DNA of 63,881 bases, taken from NCBI GenBank assembly GCA_948439995.1, contig CAOJNP010000003.1, positions 1 through 63,881 of the forward strand. The letters are read 5' to 3'. The stretch's first letter is position 1; each line of letters starts with the position of its first letter. A program made the position numbers and the translations under genes. This DNA is from an uncultured Erysipelotrichaceae bacterium. Lineage in GTDB: Bacteria > Bacillota_I > Bacilli_A > RF39 > UBA660. This document shows positions 19,118 to 28,435 of the stretch, piece by piece. The notes beneath the pieces were generated by a model that did no database searches, had not been told where the DNA came from, and saw nothing but the letters and a program-made list of their open reading frames with translations.

Positions 19118-19137
19118 GTAGTAAATTGGTAGTAAAA
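19118..19137. repeat. Direct-repeat box gtagtaaattggtagtaaaa (copy 4 of 4, one mismatch)
   Basis: Lies immediately upstream of the GNAT gene promoter region. Confidence 0.75.
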
Positions 19138-19337
19138 TAAATTTAAATTTTATTATAAACACCTTAAAATAAGGCTTATAAGAGAAAAACTAAACTTTTA
19201 TTTAAAAAGTTTAATTTTTGATTAAAAATCCTTATTTTAAGGCACAAATACAAGAATTTGAGCTTTTTTATTGCTGAAATTTAGAAAGGAGACGAGATTT
19301 ATTAATTATTTCTTTGAAAAGTTGTGAGTTGCATCAA

Positions 19338-19463
19338 TATGTTGAAATTCATGTTGTGTTATTTCTTACATATGAGCTTTCTCACAAGCTATTTTTTTAT
19401 GCCTATCTATCGTTGATGTAGATAGTGGTTTTTGACCACCAAACATGAAATAATCACTTTTAT
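19338..19463 (-). pseudogene. Remnant of a second tyrosine integrase
   Basis: 126 nt with 4 mismatches to 14591..14716 (offset 4747, same orientation). One mismatch turns CAA into TAA. There is no homology on either side. Confidence 0.85.
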
Positions 19464-19612
19464 AAACATTATCTTTTTTTAATATTAATGCAATATAAAT
19501 GATCTCTAATGAAAAGTATTCAAGACTTTAAAATTTCTTTCAATAATGCCTAAATTTGTGTAAAAGGTATAACTTCAATTCATTATCGCAAAATAATTTT
19601 GAGGGATTTAAA

Positions 19613-21028
19613 ATGAGAACTAATTTAAAAAAATACCAAGATAAAAGAAACTTTAATAAAACGAAAGAACCAATTGGGAAAATAGAAAAAGAAGGAAAAA
19701 AATTACGTTTTGTGATTCAACATCATTTGGCAAGACGGGATCATTATGATTTTCGTTTAGAATGGAATGGTACTTTAAAAAGTTGGGCTGTTCCAAAAGG
19801 GCCTTCATTTAATAATCAAGATAAACGATTGTCTGTTCATGTAGAAGATCATCCACTGTCTTATCGCAATTTTGAAGGAATTATTCCAAAAGGTGAATAT
19901 GGCGGTGGAACGGTAATGATTTTTGATGAAGGCTTTTGGGAACCTTTAGAAGATCCCAAAAAAGGGTTTCAAAATGGTTCTCTAAAATTTGCGTTAAAAG
20001 GGAAAAGGCTAAAAGGAAAGTGGTCATTGGTTTATTTCAAAGAAAATAATTGGCTTTTAATCAAAGAAAAAGATGAATATGAAGGAAAAATTGATCTTTC
20101 GAAATGGAATACAAGTATTAAAACCGATCGAACGATGGAGGAAATTATGAAAGGTTTTAAGAAGAAAAAAACGTCAAAAATAGAATGCATCGTAGAAAAC
20201 ATAGAAATTACACATCCAGAAAAAATAATTTATAAATGTCCTAAAGTAACAAAATTAGATATTGCACTGTATTATCAAAAAGTATCAAAAAGGATGATGC
20301 CATATCTTGAAAATCGAATTGTTAGTACGATTCGTGCCCCAGAAGGAATTGAATCAGAACAATTCTTTAAAAAACATTTTGATAATTCTAATTCTGGCAT
20401 TGGTAAAAAAATTGTTCCAACGGAAAAAGGTCATGCAGATGATTATTATTATTTTAAAAATACAGAAGGTTTAATTTCAGAAGTTCAACAAAATAGTTTT
20501 GAATTTCATATTTGGGGCAGTCAAGTAAATCGAATTAATCATCCAAATATGTTAGTATTTGATTTAGATCCAGATGAAAAAATGAGTTTACGAAAAATTC
20601 GTCAAGGAGTATCCGATTTAAAAAGTATTTTAGATGATTTATCATTAACTTCTTTTTTAAAGACAAGTGGAGGAAAAGGTTATCATGTTGTTGTTCCTAT
20701 TACTTCTTTAAAAAATTGGAATAGCTTTAAAACATTCTCTCAAAATATTGCAAAACTTATGGAAACAAAATGGCCTGCCAAATATACTAGTAATGTCAGA
20801 AAAGATCAGCGAAAAAATAAAATTTTTATTGATTGGATTCGAAATGCAAAAAGTGCTACTAGTGTTGCACCTTATTCTCTTCGTTTACGTAAAGGTGCTC
20901 CAGTTTCTATGCCCATTTCGTGGAAGGAACTTAATAAAATTAAACCAAATGAAATCAAAATGAAAGATGCTTTACGAAGACTAAAAAGAAAAGATCCTTG
21001 GGAACATTTTTTTGATATTATACAATAA
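19613..21028 (+). CDS. ligD: LigD-type NHEJ protein: 3'-phosphoesterase domain plus primase-polymerase domain, no ligase domain
   Basis: FVIQHHLARRDHYDFRLE (PE domain), then FDLDPDE and SGGKGYHVVVP (AEP polymerase domain). I prefer the ATG at 19613 with a gaggga RBS over the TTG at 19556. Confidence 0.8.
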   Translation: MRTNLKKYQDKRNFNKTKEPIGKIEKEGKKLRFVIQHHLARRDHYDFRLEWNGTLKSWAVPKGPSFNNQDKRLSVHVEDHPLSYRNFEGIIPKGEYGGGTVMIFDEGFWEPLEDPKKGFQNGSLKFALKGKRLKGKWSLVYFKENNWLLIKEKDEYEGKIDLSKWNTSIKTDRTMEEIMKGFKKKKTSKIECIVENIEITHPEKIIYKCPKVTKLDIALYYQKVSKRMMPYLENRIVSTIRAPEGIESEQFFKKHFDNSNSGIGKKIVPTEKGHADDYYYFKNTEGLISEVQQNSFEFHIWGSQVNRINHPNMLVFDLDPDEKMSLRKIRQGVSDLKSILDDLSLTSFLKTSGGKGYHVVVPITSLKNWNSFKTFSQNIAKLMETKWPAKYTSNVRKDQRKNKIFIDWIRNAKSATSVAPYSLRLRKGAPVSMPISWKELNKIKPNEIKMKDALRRLKRKDPWEHFFDIIQ

Positions 21029-21049
21029 AAAACAGAGATCATTTCTCTG

Positions 21050-22129
21050 TTATTTTATTATATAAGTATTTAAATCATTTCCTCGATATTCTGGATTTGA
21101 CAATTTGCTAGTTGATAAAAAACCACTATCTGCATTGATTACATCTGGTATTCGATTTACAACATCAGCACATGTTAGTTCAGCTGTTTTTGGTTTATCT
21201 ATCACAATTGTTGTATCAGGTTCTCCAAAAATTGTCCATTCATTTCGATCACATTCGTGTTCTGTATATATTTTTCCAATACATTCTGCCTCGATTAATA
21301 TATCTTCTTCTGTTGCTGCTGTTACAACTGCACTCATACCACGAACATATCCTTTTTCTACAATCATATCAAGAGTTTCTGAATATAGATTTTCTTCCGC
21401 AACGATTGGAATACACTTTTGATTGATATTTTTAATCTTTAAATTCAATTTATCCGCAAGCCATCCGACTACATTCCACATATAACTAGCCATAAATTCA
21501 CGATTTTGAATTAATTTTTGTCTTTCTTCATCTGTAATGTTATCAACACTCGCTATTTCATTTTCAAAACGTTCTTTCGTAAATCCTGCTCCATGTGCAT
21601 CTGCTAGAGCAATTCCATAATCCTCTACATTATAACTAGAACTTCCTTTAATTTTTGTTATTTGATGGGTAGATCCAGCTAACGTGGTAATTAAATTTCC
21701 CCAAAAAACATCTTGATATCCACATCCTACAATCGTACAATTGGTAGCTTTTGCTAAGCGATTGATTTCTTCAAATAGGGTTGGATTAGAATTTTCTGCA
21801 AAAAAAGCTTCTTCACAAGTAGTAATGGTATTAATTCCATTTTTAGCACAAATTCTTAAAATATCTCCAATGTCATTTAAAACACTCATTGTAGTTAAAA
21901 TAGCAATATCTGGTTTGGTCTTATTTAATAACTGATCTAATTCACTACTTTCTGATATTGTAATCCCTAAATTTTCTGATTCAAATAAACAACCAATATC
22001 TTTTCCTATTAAATCTGGATTACAATCCACCGCTCCCACAATTTCGCAATTTTTTTCTGTGGCATATTTTAAAATTAACTTACTCATCTTCCCACAGCCA
22101 ATTTGAAAAATTTTTATTTTTCGTTCCAT
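21050..22129 (-). CDS. NAD(P)-binding oxidoreductase, DapB-N-like / amine dehydrogenase (2,4-diaminopentanoate dehydrogenase-like) family
   Basis: 359 aa with an N-terminal IKIFQIGCGKMSK Rossmann motif. The size and layout resemble that family. This is a family-level guess only. Confidence 0.5.
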   Translation of the reverse strand: MERKIKIFQIGCGKMSKLILKYATEKNCEIVGAVDCNPDLIGKDIGCLFESENLGITISESSELDQLLNKTKPDIAILTTMSVLNDIGDILRICAKNGINTITTCEEAFFAENSNPTLFEEINRLAKATNCTIVGCGYQDVFWGNLITTLAGSTHQITKIKGSSSYNVEDYGIALADAHGAGFTKERFENEIASVDNITDEERQKLIQNREFMASYMWNVVGWLADKLNLKIKNINQKCIPIVAEENLYSETLDMIVEKGYVRGMSAVVTAATEEDILIEAECIGKIYTEHECDRNEWTIFGEPDTTIVIDKPKTAELTCADVVNRIPDVINADSGFLSTSKLSNPEYRGNDLNTYIIK

Positions 22130-22143
22130 TTTTTTTCCTCTTT

Positions 22144-23073
22144 CTATTCCATTTCATTTAAATTAACATTTTCTTCTTCTATTATATCTGAAAACTCTAT
22201 TTTAAATCGTTCAATTTCTTTTTTCTTTACATCTTCGTAGACATTTCTAGCACTACAAATTGCTTTATAAATATGTTTCAATTTTACTTCATTGGCATTT
22301 TCATAAAGTGCAAATGTAAATGCATTGGATAATATTGTCAAACATATATCAGGATAGCGACTTGCCACTTCGTAAATTCTTTTGTATTCATCCGTCATCT
22401 CAACAATAAAAGCCATAATTTTTTCTTTTATAAAATCAGTATAATTTAATTTTACTCCAATTTGTTTTTCTAGTTTTGGATATGTTCCCATTAAAATTTT
22501 TACGGTATTTTCTTTATTTGATTCTGCTACATCAATTTTTTGGAATCTTCTTAAAAAAGCACGATCTCGTAAAATATATGTTTCATATTCTTCTGTTGTT
22601 GTTGCTCCAATCATTTTGATTGTACCTCGATCTAGTCCTGCTTTAAACATATTTGCAAAATCAATTCCACTATTTTCAGTTGTATTTTTATTGACTAATA
22701 CATGTGTTTCATCAATAAAGAGAATCGTTTTTTCTGTAGTAGCTAATTCCTTGACCAATAAGTCGATTCGATTTTCTATTTGACCCCCATTATTAGTTGT
22801 TCCAAGTAAACTGGTAATGTTAATTTTGATAATTTTCCACTCACATAAGACATTTGGAACCATTTTTCTTTGAATTCGATAAGCTAGACCTTCTACAATT
22901 GCTGTTTTACCAATACCAGGTTTTCCTACCAATAAAGCACTCTTTTCTGGTGTTAGCAGAGTTAAAATACATTTTTTAATTTCATCATCTCTTGCAATAG
23001 CTGGATCTGTAATATAAGTTTTATTTGTTAGATTTTCTCCATATCGTTCTAACATACTAATTTTTTCTTCCAT
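22144..23073 (-). CDS. Stand-alone AAA+ ATPase resembling the ClpA/ClpB D1 module
   Basis: 309 aa. [18 protein letters not shown]...[20 protein letters not shown] and [10 protein letters not shown] mirror Clp D1 Walker A/B. There is no N-domain, middle domain or D2. Confidence 0.7.
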   Translation of the reverse strand: MEEKISMLERYGENLTNKTYITDPAIARDDEIKKCILTLLTPEKSALLVGKPGIGKTAIVEGLAYRIQRKMVPNVLCEWKIIKINITSLLGTTNNGGQIENRIDLLVKELATTEKTILFIDETHVLVNKNTTENSGIDFANMFKAGLDRGTIKMIGATTTEEYETYILRDRAFLRRFQKIDVAESNKENTVKILMGTYPKLEKQIGVKLNYTDFIKEKIMAFIVEMTDEYKRIYEVASRYPDICLTILSNAFTFALYENANEVKLKHIYKAICSARNVYEDVKKKEIERFKIEFSDIIEEENVNLNEME

Positions 23074-23148
23074 ACTTTTTACCCTCTATTTTATTTTAAC
23101 ACAAAATGTCTGGAATACACATTAGTTTTTCCAAGAAAAAAAGGATTA

Positions 23149-24618
23149 TTAATCCTCGTAGTGATGTGTTGGATATAACATTTCTTTACAATAAGAACTT
23201 AATGAGTCATATCCATATTGATTTAATTGTCTTCTACAACTATTTCTACCATATCTATCTTCTCGTGCAACATTATAATAATCACTATTATTTCTTTTTA
23301 ATTGTTCTATGTTTTTGCTACTGGTTTTGATCATAATCTTTGGTTCCATATTATAATTATGCATACGATGATTTTTTAAGTCATGGACTATATCACTCAT
23401 GATGTTATGATTCCAAAAATGATTTCTCCAATTCCAACTAATATACACTCTGTTTTCTGTACCATATGAAATATCTGCATTGAAATCTGTAATATATTCG
23501 TTATAATAGTATATTATTTTTAATTCATTTTCCAATGTTTCATCCTTTTCATATTCAAAATTACCCATTAAAATCATATCTTGATCAAATGGTATTATTT
23601 CTTCAGCTTGTTTTGTTTGATAGTTTTCAGAATATTCATCAATAAATTCTGTATTCATTACTTCTATTGAAGCATAGCTAAAAGTAATTCCAAGTAAAAC
23701 AAATGAGATCAAAAAACTAATTAATAAAAATTTTAAATTATTTTTTCGATTTGTAATCCAATTAAATAATAAAATAAATGCTAAAATACCTAATATTAAT
23801 AAAATAAAAATGGATAAATAAATTCCAAAATAAGTAACGCCACGAACTAGAAAATAAATGCTTACACCACAAGCTATACCCATTCCTAGAATATAACATC
23901 CGATTCCTAATAGAATCCAAATCGCAATAAATTTAAGAAACCATACACAAACATTGGTAAGTAAGTCTAACAATCCAGATTTTTTGTTTTCAATTACTAC
24001 CGTTTCATTTTTTTCTTCTTTTTGTACTTTTGTTTTATTTCTTTGAGGTTCTTCTCTTATTTTTTTTACTTTTTTTATTTCTTCATTTGATAAATATCTT
24101 TTTTCCAATATTTTTACAAATAAAACAATTGCAAAAATGAAATAAGCGATTTCCATAATAAATTTCCATGCCTCATATAAAACTCTACCAACTCCATTAT
24201 GAAACACTAAAAATACTTCTCTTCCAATTTCTTCTAATAAGTGAAAAGGTAATTTACATAAGCTAATTCCTATTAAAATTATACAAATTTCAACAATTAG
24301 TCTTAGTATTTCTCTACTATCTTTAGTTGATAAATATTGAATAATTCGATCCATACCATGATTTATTTTTTCTACAGCTGTATTAATCCAATTTTTATCA
24401 GTTTTCTTTTTTTCTACATTAATTTTATATGCTTTTAATAACTCATTTGCTAATTCATCGACATCTCCGAAATCTTTTATAGCTTCTTCTTCTGTGGCAT
24501 CATTTTTGATCTTTTCATCAATATATCCAGAATATTCTATCACAATATCATTTATTTCGTTTTCTTCTAAAATATCTAGTTTTTCTCTTAATTTTTTTAT
24601 AAAATCTTCTTTTTTCAT
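23149..24618 (-). CDS. PadR-associated multi-pass membrane protein (DUF1700-like N-terminus)
   Basis: 489 aa. The N-terminal FIKKLREKLDILEENEINDIVIEYSGYIDE is typical of DUF1700. Several TM helices follow. 4-nt overlap with padR. Confidence 0.5.
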   Translation of the reverse strand: MKKEDFIKKLREKLDILEENEINDIVIEYSGYIDEKIKNDATEEEAIKDFGDVDELANELLKAYKINVEKKKTDKNWINTAVEKINHGMDRIIQYLSTKDSREILRLIVEICIILIGISLCKLPFHLLEEIGREVFLVFHNGVGRVLYEAWKFIMEIAYFIFAIVLFVKILEKRYLSNEEIKKVKKIREEPQRNKTKVQKEEKNETVVIENKKSGLLDLLTNVCVWFLKFIAIWILLGIGCYILGMGIACGVSIYFLVRGVTYFGIYLSIFILLILGILAFILLFNWITNRKNNLKFLLISFLISFVLLGITFSYASIEVMNTEFIDEYSENYQTKQAEEIIPFDQDMILMGNFEYEKDETLENELKIIYYYNEYITDFNADISYGTENRVYISWNWRNHFWNHNIMSDIVHDLKNHRMHNYNMEPKIMIKTSSKNIEQLKRNNSDYYNVAREDRYGRNSCRRQLNQYGYDSLSSYCKEMLYPTHHYED

Positions 24619-24935
24619 TTTTTTACACTCCCTTTTACAAAATCATTTACACTACTAGCAAAAACAGTCCATTCATTAAGTAATACCTCACTTTGCTTCA
24701 TTCCCAAGGCTGTGATGTGATAATATTTGCGAACGGGACCTTCTTTGGATTCTTCTAAATATGTTTCAAAATATCCTTCATTACTTAACCTTTTTAATAT
24801 TGGATAAATAGTTCCTTCATTTACATCTACTATTTTACTTACTGCTTCTACCAGTTCATATCCGTATCTATCTTTTTCTTTTACGATTAATAATACTAAA
24901 AGCTCTAATACACCTTTTTTGAACTGCGTATTCAT
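24615..24935 (-). CDS. PadR-family transcriptional regulator
   Basis: KGVLELLVLLIVKEKDRYGYELV ... GTIYPILKRLSNEGY. The start at MNTQFKK is preceded by an aaaggaa RBS. Confidence 0.8.
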   Translation of the reverse strand: MNTQFKKGVLELLVLLIVKEKDRYGYELVEAVSKIVDVNEGTIYPILKRLSNEGYFETYLEESKEGPVRKYYHITALGMKQSEVLLNEWTVFASSVNDFVKGSVKK

Positions 24936-25290
24936 ATTTTTTTCCTTTCTTGAAGTTATCATATCTCTAGTACTATGTATTGTCAAGTACTAAATAATAT
25001 TTACTTAGAAAAAAAATATTCTTGTTACTTGATTATTTGTTACTTTTTTTAAAACGTTTCCTATATTTTCAAGAACTTATTTCAAGAAAAAGATGAATTA
25101 TAGCATATTAAAAAAACATTGAAACGAAAAAAGATAACTAGATAGTTACCTTTTTTTCATTCTTATCATTTCTTTTTGAAGTATCGGGTATGTTTATTGC
25201 AAAAAAATTATATAAATATAGATCGAGTTTGTGTAGAGTTTATATTTTGATAAGAATGAGTCCAGAATTTTTTCTGGCACGTTATACTAT

Positions 25291-25327
25291 AAAAGAAACC
25301 CCTTATTTACACAAGGGGATTTTTTTG
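25291..25327 (-). terminator. Intrinsic terminator after the ABC transporter gene
   Basis: cccctt / aagggg stem (6 bp, extendable by a G-U pair) flanked by T-runs on both strands. Confidence 0.6.
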
Positions 25328-25345
25328 TCTTTTTTTGTCGATTTT

Positions 25346-27655
25346 TTATTCGGTTCTTAATGCTTCTACTGGATCTTTTTTACTAGCAAGTTTTGCTGGA
25401 ATCCATCCACCAATCAGTGTTAATATTACACTTATAGTAATTAATATTAAGGCATGAACAGGATTTAATATGGCTACATTGTCTAATGTTGTTAATTCTT
25501 TTAATAGAGAATTGACTGGGAATAGTAATAACCATGCCACTAAAATTCCTATTAGTCCAGAACTTACTCCAATGATAAATGTTTCAGAATTAAACACTCT
25601 TGCAATATCTTTTTTTCTTGCTCCAAGGCTTCTTAAAATTCCAATTTCTTTTGTTCTTTCTAATACTGAAATGTACATAATAATTCCTATCATGATTGAG
25701 GAAACAATTAAAGAAATACTACTAAAAGCAATTAATACGATTGTAATAGCATCCATAATATTGCTAGATAAAGAGCTCATTAGGTCTGCTTGATCAATGT
25801 AGGCAATTTTTTCTTCTTCTTTTTTACCTTCATTGTATTGATCTAAATAAGTTAATATGTTAGTTTTACTGTCAAAATCTCTTGGATATACTTGAATTAC
25901 ATATGGAATTGATTTATCTCCTAAATAAGCTAGCATATTTTCTTTTTGTTCTTTTCCTTCTTTTGTATTTAAATCAAAATTTTCTCCAGAAATTACACTA
26001 TAACTTGCTTTTTTTTGAGCTTCTACTACTTTGGAAGTCGAATTTTTTTCCATGATGTGATTTAGTAAATCATTATTATAATAAATACCTGGATTAGATG
26101 CCATACTTGGATAATCTTTTTTTAATCTTATGATTCCAACTACTTTTAATGTTGTATTATTTTTATTTTCGTATACTTTTTCTAAATCATTATTTGGTAT
26201 AAAATAATTTCCTGTTTTTTGATAATAATCATCATTGTAAACTAATTTTATACTGCTATTTAAAATGTCTTCAAAGGAAATATTATCATCTGTTGTAAAT
26301 CCCAATGCCTCTAATAAATCTTTGGACATTCTATTTTTACTATCAATTTCAATCACAATTTCTTCTTTTGCTTCTGGCTCTTTTCCTGCTAAAATGTCAA
26401 AACGTTCTTTGATTACACTTGGTGTATTTTCGCTAAGTGTATGAGGAAACATATAGAAATTTAATTCTCTTGTATTGATTTGTTTTACTTTGCCGTCTAC
26501 TTTTTGAAGTAAATTAAGCCCTGTTCCATATACATAATTGATTCCAGATACATCATCTGAAGATATTTTTTCAATATAATCAACATAATCATTGGTAATT
26601 TGATTGATATGAGTATATTGTTCTACATCTGTCACACTTGGAATCACATATTTTTTATCAGAGTAAGTTTCTTCACTGCTAGTCATATCATTTTGCATTT
26701 TTTCCATTGTTTCTTCATCTAAGTTCATACTTTGTTTACTAATTACAATTGGAAGAGCACTGAGTGTATTTTTTTCAAACGAATCAATTTGTTTATCAAA
26801 CCCATTGGATAAACTTAAAATTAAGGAAATCCCAATAATTCCAATTGAGGAAGCAAATGCGGTTAGAATAGTTCTTCCTTTTTTTGTTCTTATATTGTTT
26901 AAGGATAAATGAAGTGCTGTTTTAAAATTCATGGAAGTTTTTTTGATATTGTATTCTTGTTTATTTTGTTCTTTTTCTTTCACTGGATCGGAATCACTCA
27001 TTAATTCTCCATCTTTCATTTCAATTACACGAGTTGCATATTCATGAGCAAGTTCTGGATTATGAGTAACCATAATTACTAATTTATCTTTGGCAATTTC
27101 TTTTATGAGCTCCATTATTTGAACACTTGTTTTAGAATCTAATGCTCCTGTTGGTTCATCAGCTAAGATAATATCTGGATCATTTGCTAAAGCTCTTGCA
27201 ATGGCCACACGCTGCATTTGTCCACCAGAAAGTTGATTCGGTTTTTTATGAGCATGATCTTTTAAACCAACTTTATTTAATACTTCTAAAGCTTTTTTTC
27301 TTCTTTTTTTCGAATTTACTCCACTTAATGTCATTCCCATTTCAACATTGGATAAGATATCAATGTGACTGATTAGATTGTAACTTTGAAAAATAAATCC
27401 AATACAGTTATTTCGATAAGAATCCCAATCTTTATCTTTAAAAGATTTTGTGGAACGATTGTTAATGACTAAATCTCCTTCATCATAACGATCTAAACCT
27501 CCAATAATATTTAAAAGAGTTGTTTTTCCTGATCCACTTGGTCCTAAGATGGCTACAAATTCATTTTTACGAAATTGTAAGTTTACTCCTTTTAGTGCAT
27601 GTTGTGTAAAAGTACCTGTCGTATAACTTTTTTTTATTGTTTTTAATTCTAACAT
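25346..27655 (-). CDS. Fused ABC transporter ATP-binding / FtsX-type permease (MacB-like)
   Basis: 769 aa with GPSGSGKTT, LSGGQMQRVAIARAL, ILADEPTGALD, then a large extracytoplasmic region and a C-terminal FtsX-like TM bundle. Confidence 0.85.
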   Translation of the reverse strand: MLELKTIKKSYTTGTFTQHALKGVNLQFRKNEFVAILGPSGSGKTTLLNIIGGLDRYDEGDLVINNRSTKSFKDKDWDSYRNNCIGFIFQSYNLISHIDILSNVEMGMTLSGVNSKKRRKKALEVLNKVGLKDHAHKKPNQLSGGQMQRVAIARALANDPDIILADEPTGALDSKTSVQIMELIKEIAKDKLVIMVTHNPELAHEYATRVIEMKDGELMSDSDPVKEKEQNKQEYNIKKTSMNFKTALHLSLNNIRTKKGRTILTAFASSIGIIGISLILSLSNGFDKQIDSFEKNTLSALPIVISKQSMNLDEETMEKMQNDMTSSEETYSDKKYVIPSVTDVEQYTHINQITNDYVDYIEKISSDDVSGINYVYGTGLNLLQKVDGKVKQINTRELNFYMFPHTLSENTPSVIKERFDILAGKEPEAKEEIVIEIDSKNRMSKDLLEALGFTTDDNISFEDILNSSIKLVYNDDYYQKTGNYFIPNNDLEKVYENKNNTTLKVVGIIRLKKDYPSMASNPGIYYNNDLLNHIMEKNSTSKVVEAQKKASYSVISGENFDLNTKEGKEQKENMLAYLGDKSIPYVIQVYPRDFDSKTNILTYLDQYNEGKKEEEKIAYIDQADLMSSLSSNIMDAITIVLIAFSSISLIVSSIMIGIIMYISVLERTKEIGILRSLGARKKDIARVFNSETFIIGVSSGLIGILVAWLLLFPVNSLLKELTTLDNVAILNPVHALILITISVILTLIGGWIPAKLASKKDPVEALRTE

Positions 27656-28104
27656 TCTTTTTCTTCCTTTTCTAATGAGATAAATTTTTGAATCATTATC
27701 TCAACTGCTCGTATTAATATTTTTTGTTCTTCTTTTGTGAAGTTTTTCAAAAATTCTTTTTTTCTTTTTTTAATTATTTCCTCCAGTTCATTTGCTACAT
27801 CTTGACCTTTTTTTGTTAAACAAATGTGGTATTTCCGTTGCTTGATGTTTTCTCGATCCCGATATATATAGTTTATTTTTTCAAGTTCACTAATATTCCT
27901 TGACATTAGTGCATTGTCTACTTGAATAATTCGACTTAATTCCGACATAGAACAACCATTTTTTTCTTTTTTTAGAATCATAATGATTCCAATATGAGTA
28001 CTGGAAATATGAAAATTTTTTAAATCTTCATTGACATTTTTTTGGATCTTATTCTGAAACTGGCGAAGATATATTAAAAATTGTTCATAATTGATTTCTT
28101 TCAT
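27649..28104 (-). CDS. MarR-family transcriptional regulator
   Basis: 151-aa winged-HTH pattern (MSELSRIIQVDNALMSRNISELEKINYIYR). Overlaps the ABC transporter start by 7 nt. Confidence 0.7.
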   Translation of the reverse strand: MKEINYEQFLIYLRQFQNKIQKNVNEDLKNFHISSTHIGIIMILKKEKNGCSMSELSRIIQVDNALMSRNISELEKINYIYRDRENIKQRKYHICLTKKGQDVANELEEIIKKRKKEFLKNFTKEEQKILIRAVEIMIQKFISLEKEEKEC

Positions 28105-28222
28105 AAACGTAAATCCTCTTCACTTCTTGAACATTATAGTATTCTTAACTTGAGTTGTCAAATTGTTTTTGATCTACAAACATTTAAAATGGTAAAATCT
28201 ACAATTTTTTGGAATAATCTGG

Positions 28223-28252
28223 TTGACATTTCACATAATTATAATATATAAT
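28223..28252 (+). promoter_or_regulatory. Sigma-A-type promoter for tRNA-Asn
   Basis: TTGACA (28223-28228), an 18-nt spacer and TATAAT (28247-28252), about 12 nt before the tRNA 5' end. Confidence 0.6.
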
Positions 28253-28263
28253 CAGTTTGTACT

Positions 28264-28339
28264 GCTTGATTAGCTCAGTCGGTAGAGCAAACGGCTGTTA
28301 ACCGTTGGGTCGTAGGTTCGAGTCCTACATCAAGCGCCA
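28264..28339 (+). tRNA. tRNA-Asn (GUU)
   Basis: Hand-folded: acceptor GCTTGAT/ATCAAGC, D arm GCTC-AGTCGGTA-GAGC, anticodon stem AACGG/CCGTT with loop CTGTTAA, T arm GTAGG-TTCGAGT-CCTAC, and encoded CCA. Confidence 0.9.
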
Positions 28340-28351
28340 TTTTGATAATTC

Positions 28352-28377
28352 GCAATCCTTTGGATTGCTTTTTTTTA
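28352..28377 (+). terminator. Intrinsic terminator after tRNA-Asn
   Basis: gcaatcc ttt ggattgc followed by a run of 9 T. Confidence 0.75.
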
Positions 28378-28435
28378 TTTTTGAAAGCCCTCACCTCTTC
28401 ATTATACTTCCATATGTTATATAAGGTGACTCGAT

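Larger units (their letters stand above)
14376..19463. mobile_element. Integrative island at the 3' side of tRNA-His
   Basis: An intact tyrosine integrase lies 66 nt from the tRNA. It is followed by small regulators, two cargo cassettes and a 126-nt remnant of a second, ~97% identical integrase at the distal end. I could not find a direct repeat of the tRNA 3' end, so the right boundary is approximate. Confidence 0.65.

Noticed and set aside
14442-19137. A classical integron (IntI plus attC cassettes).
   Set aside because: The cassette genes point toward the integrase rather than away from an attI/Pc region. Each has its own promoter-like -10. The conserved modules are ~300 nt, much longer than attC. 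I cannot see the IntI-specific insertion in the 304-aa integrase by eye. The cassette-like organisation is kept as a finding but is not called an integron.
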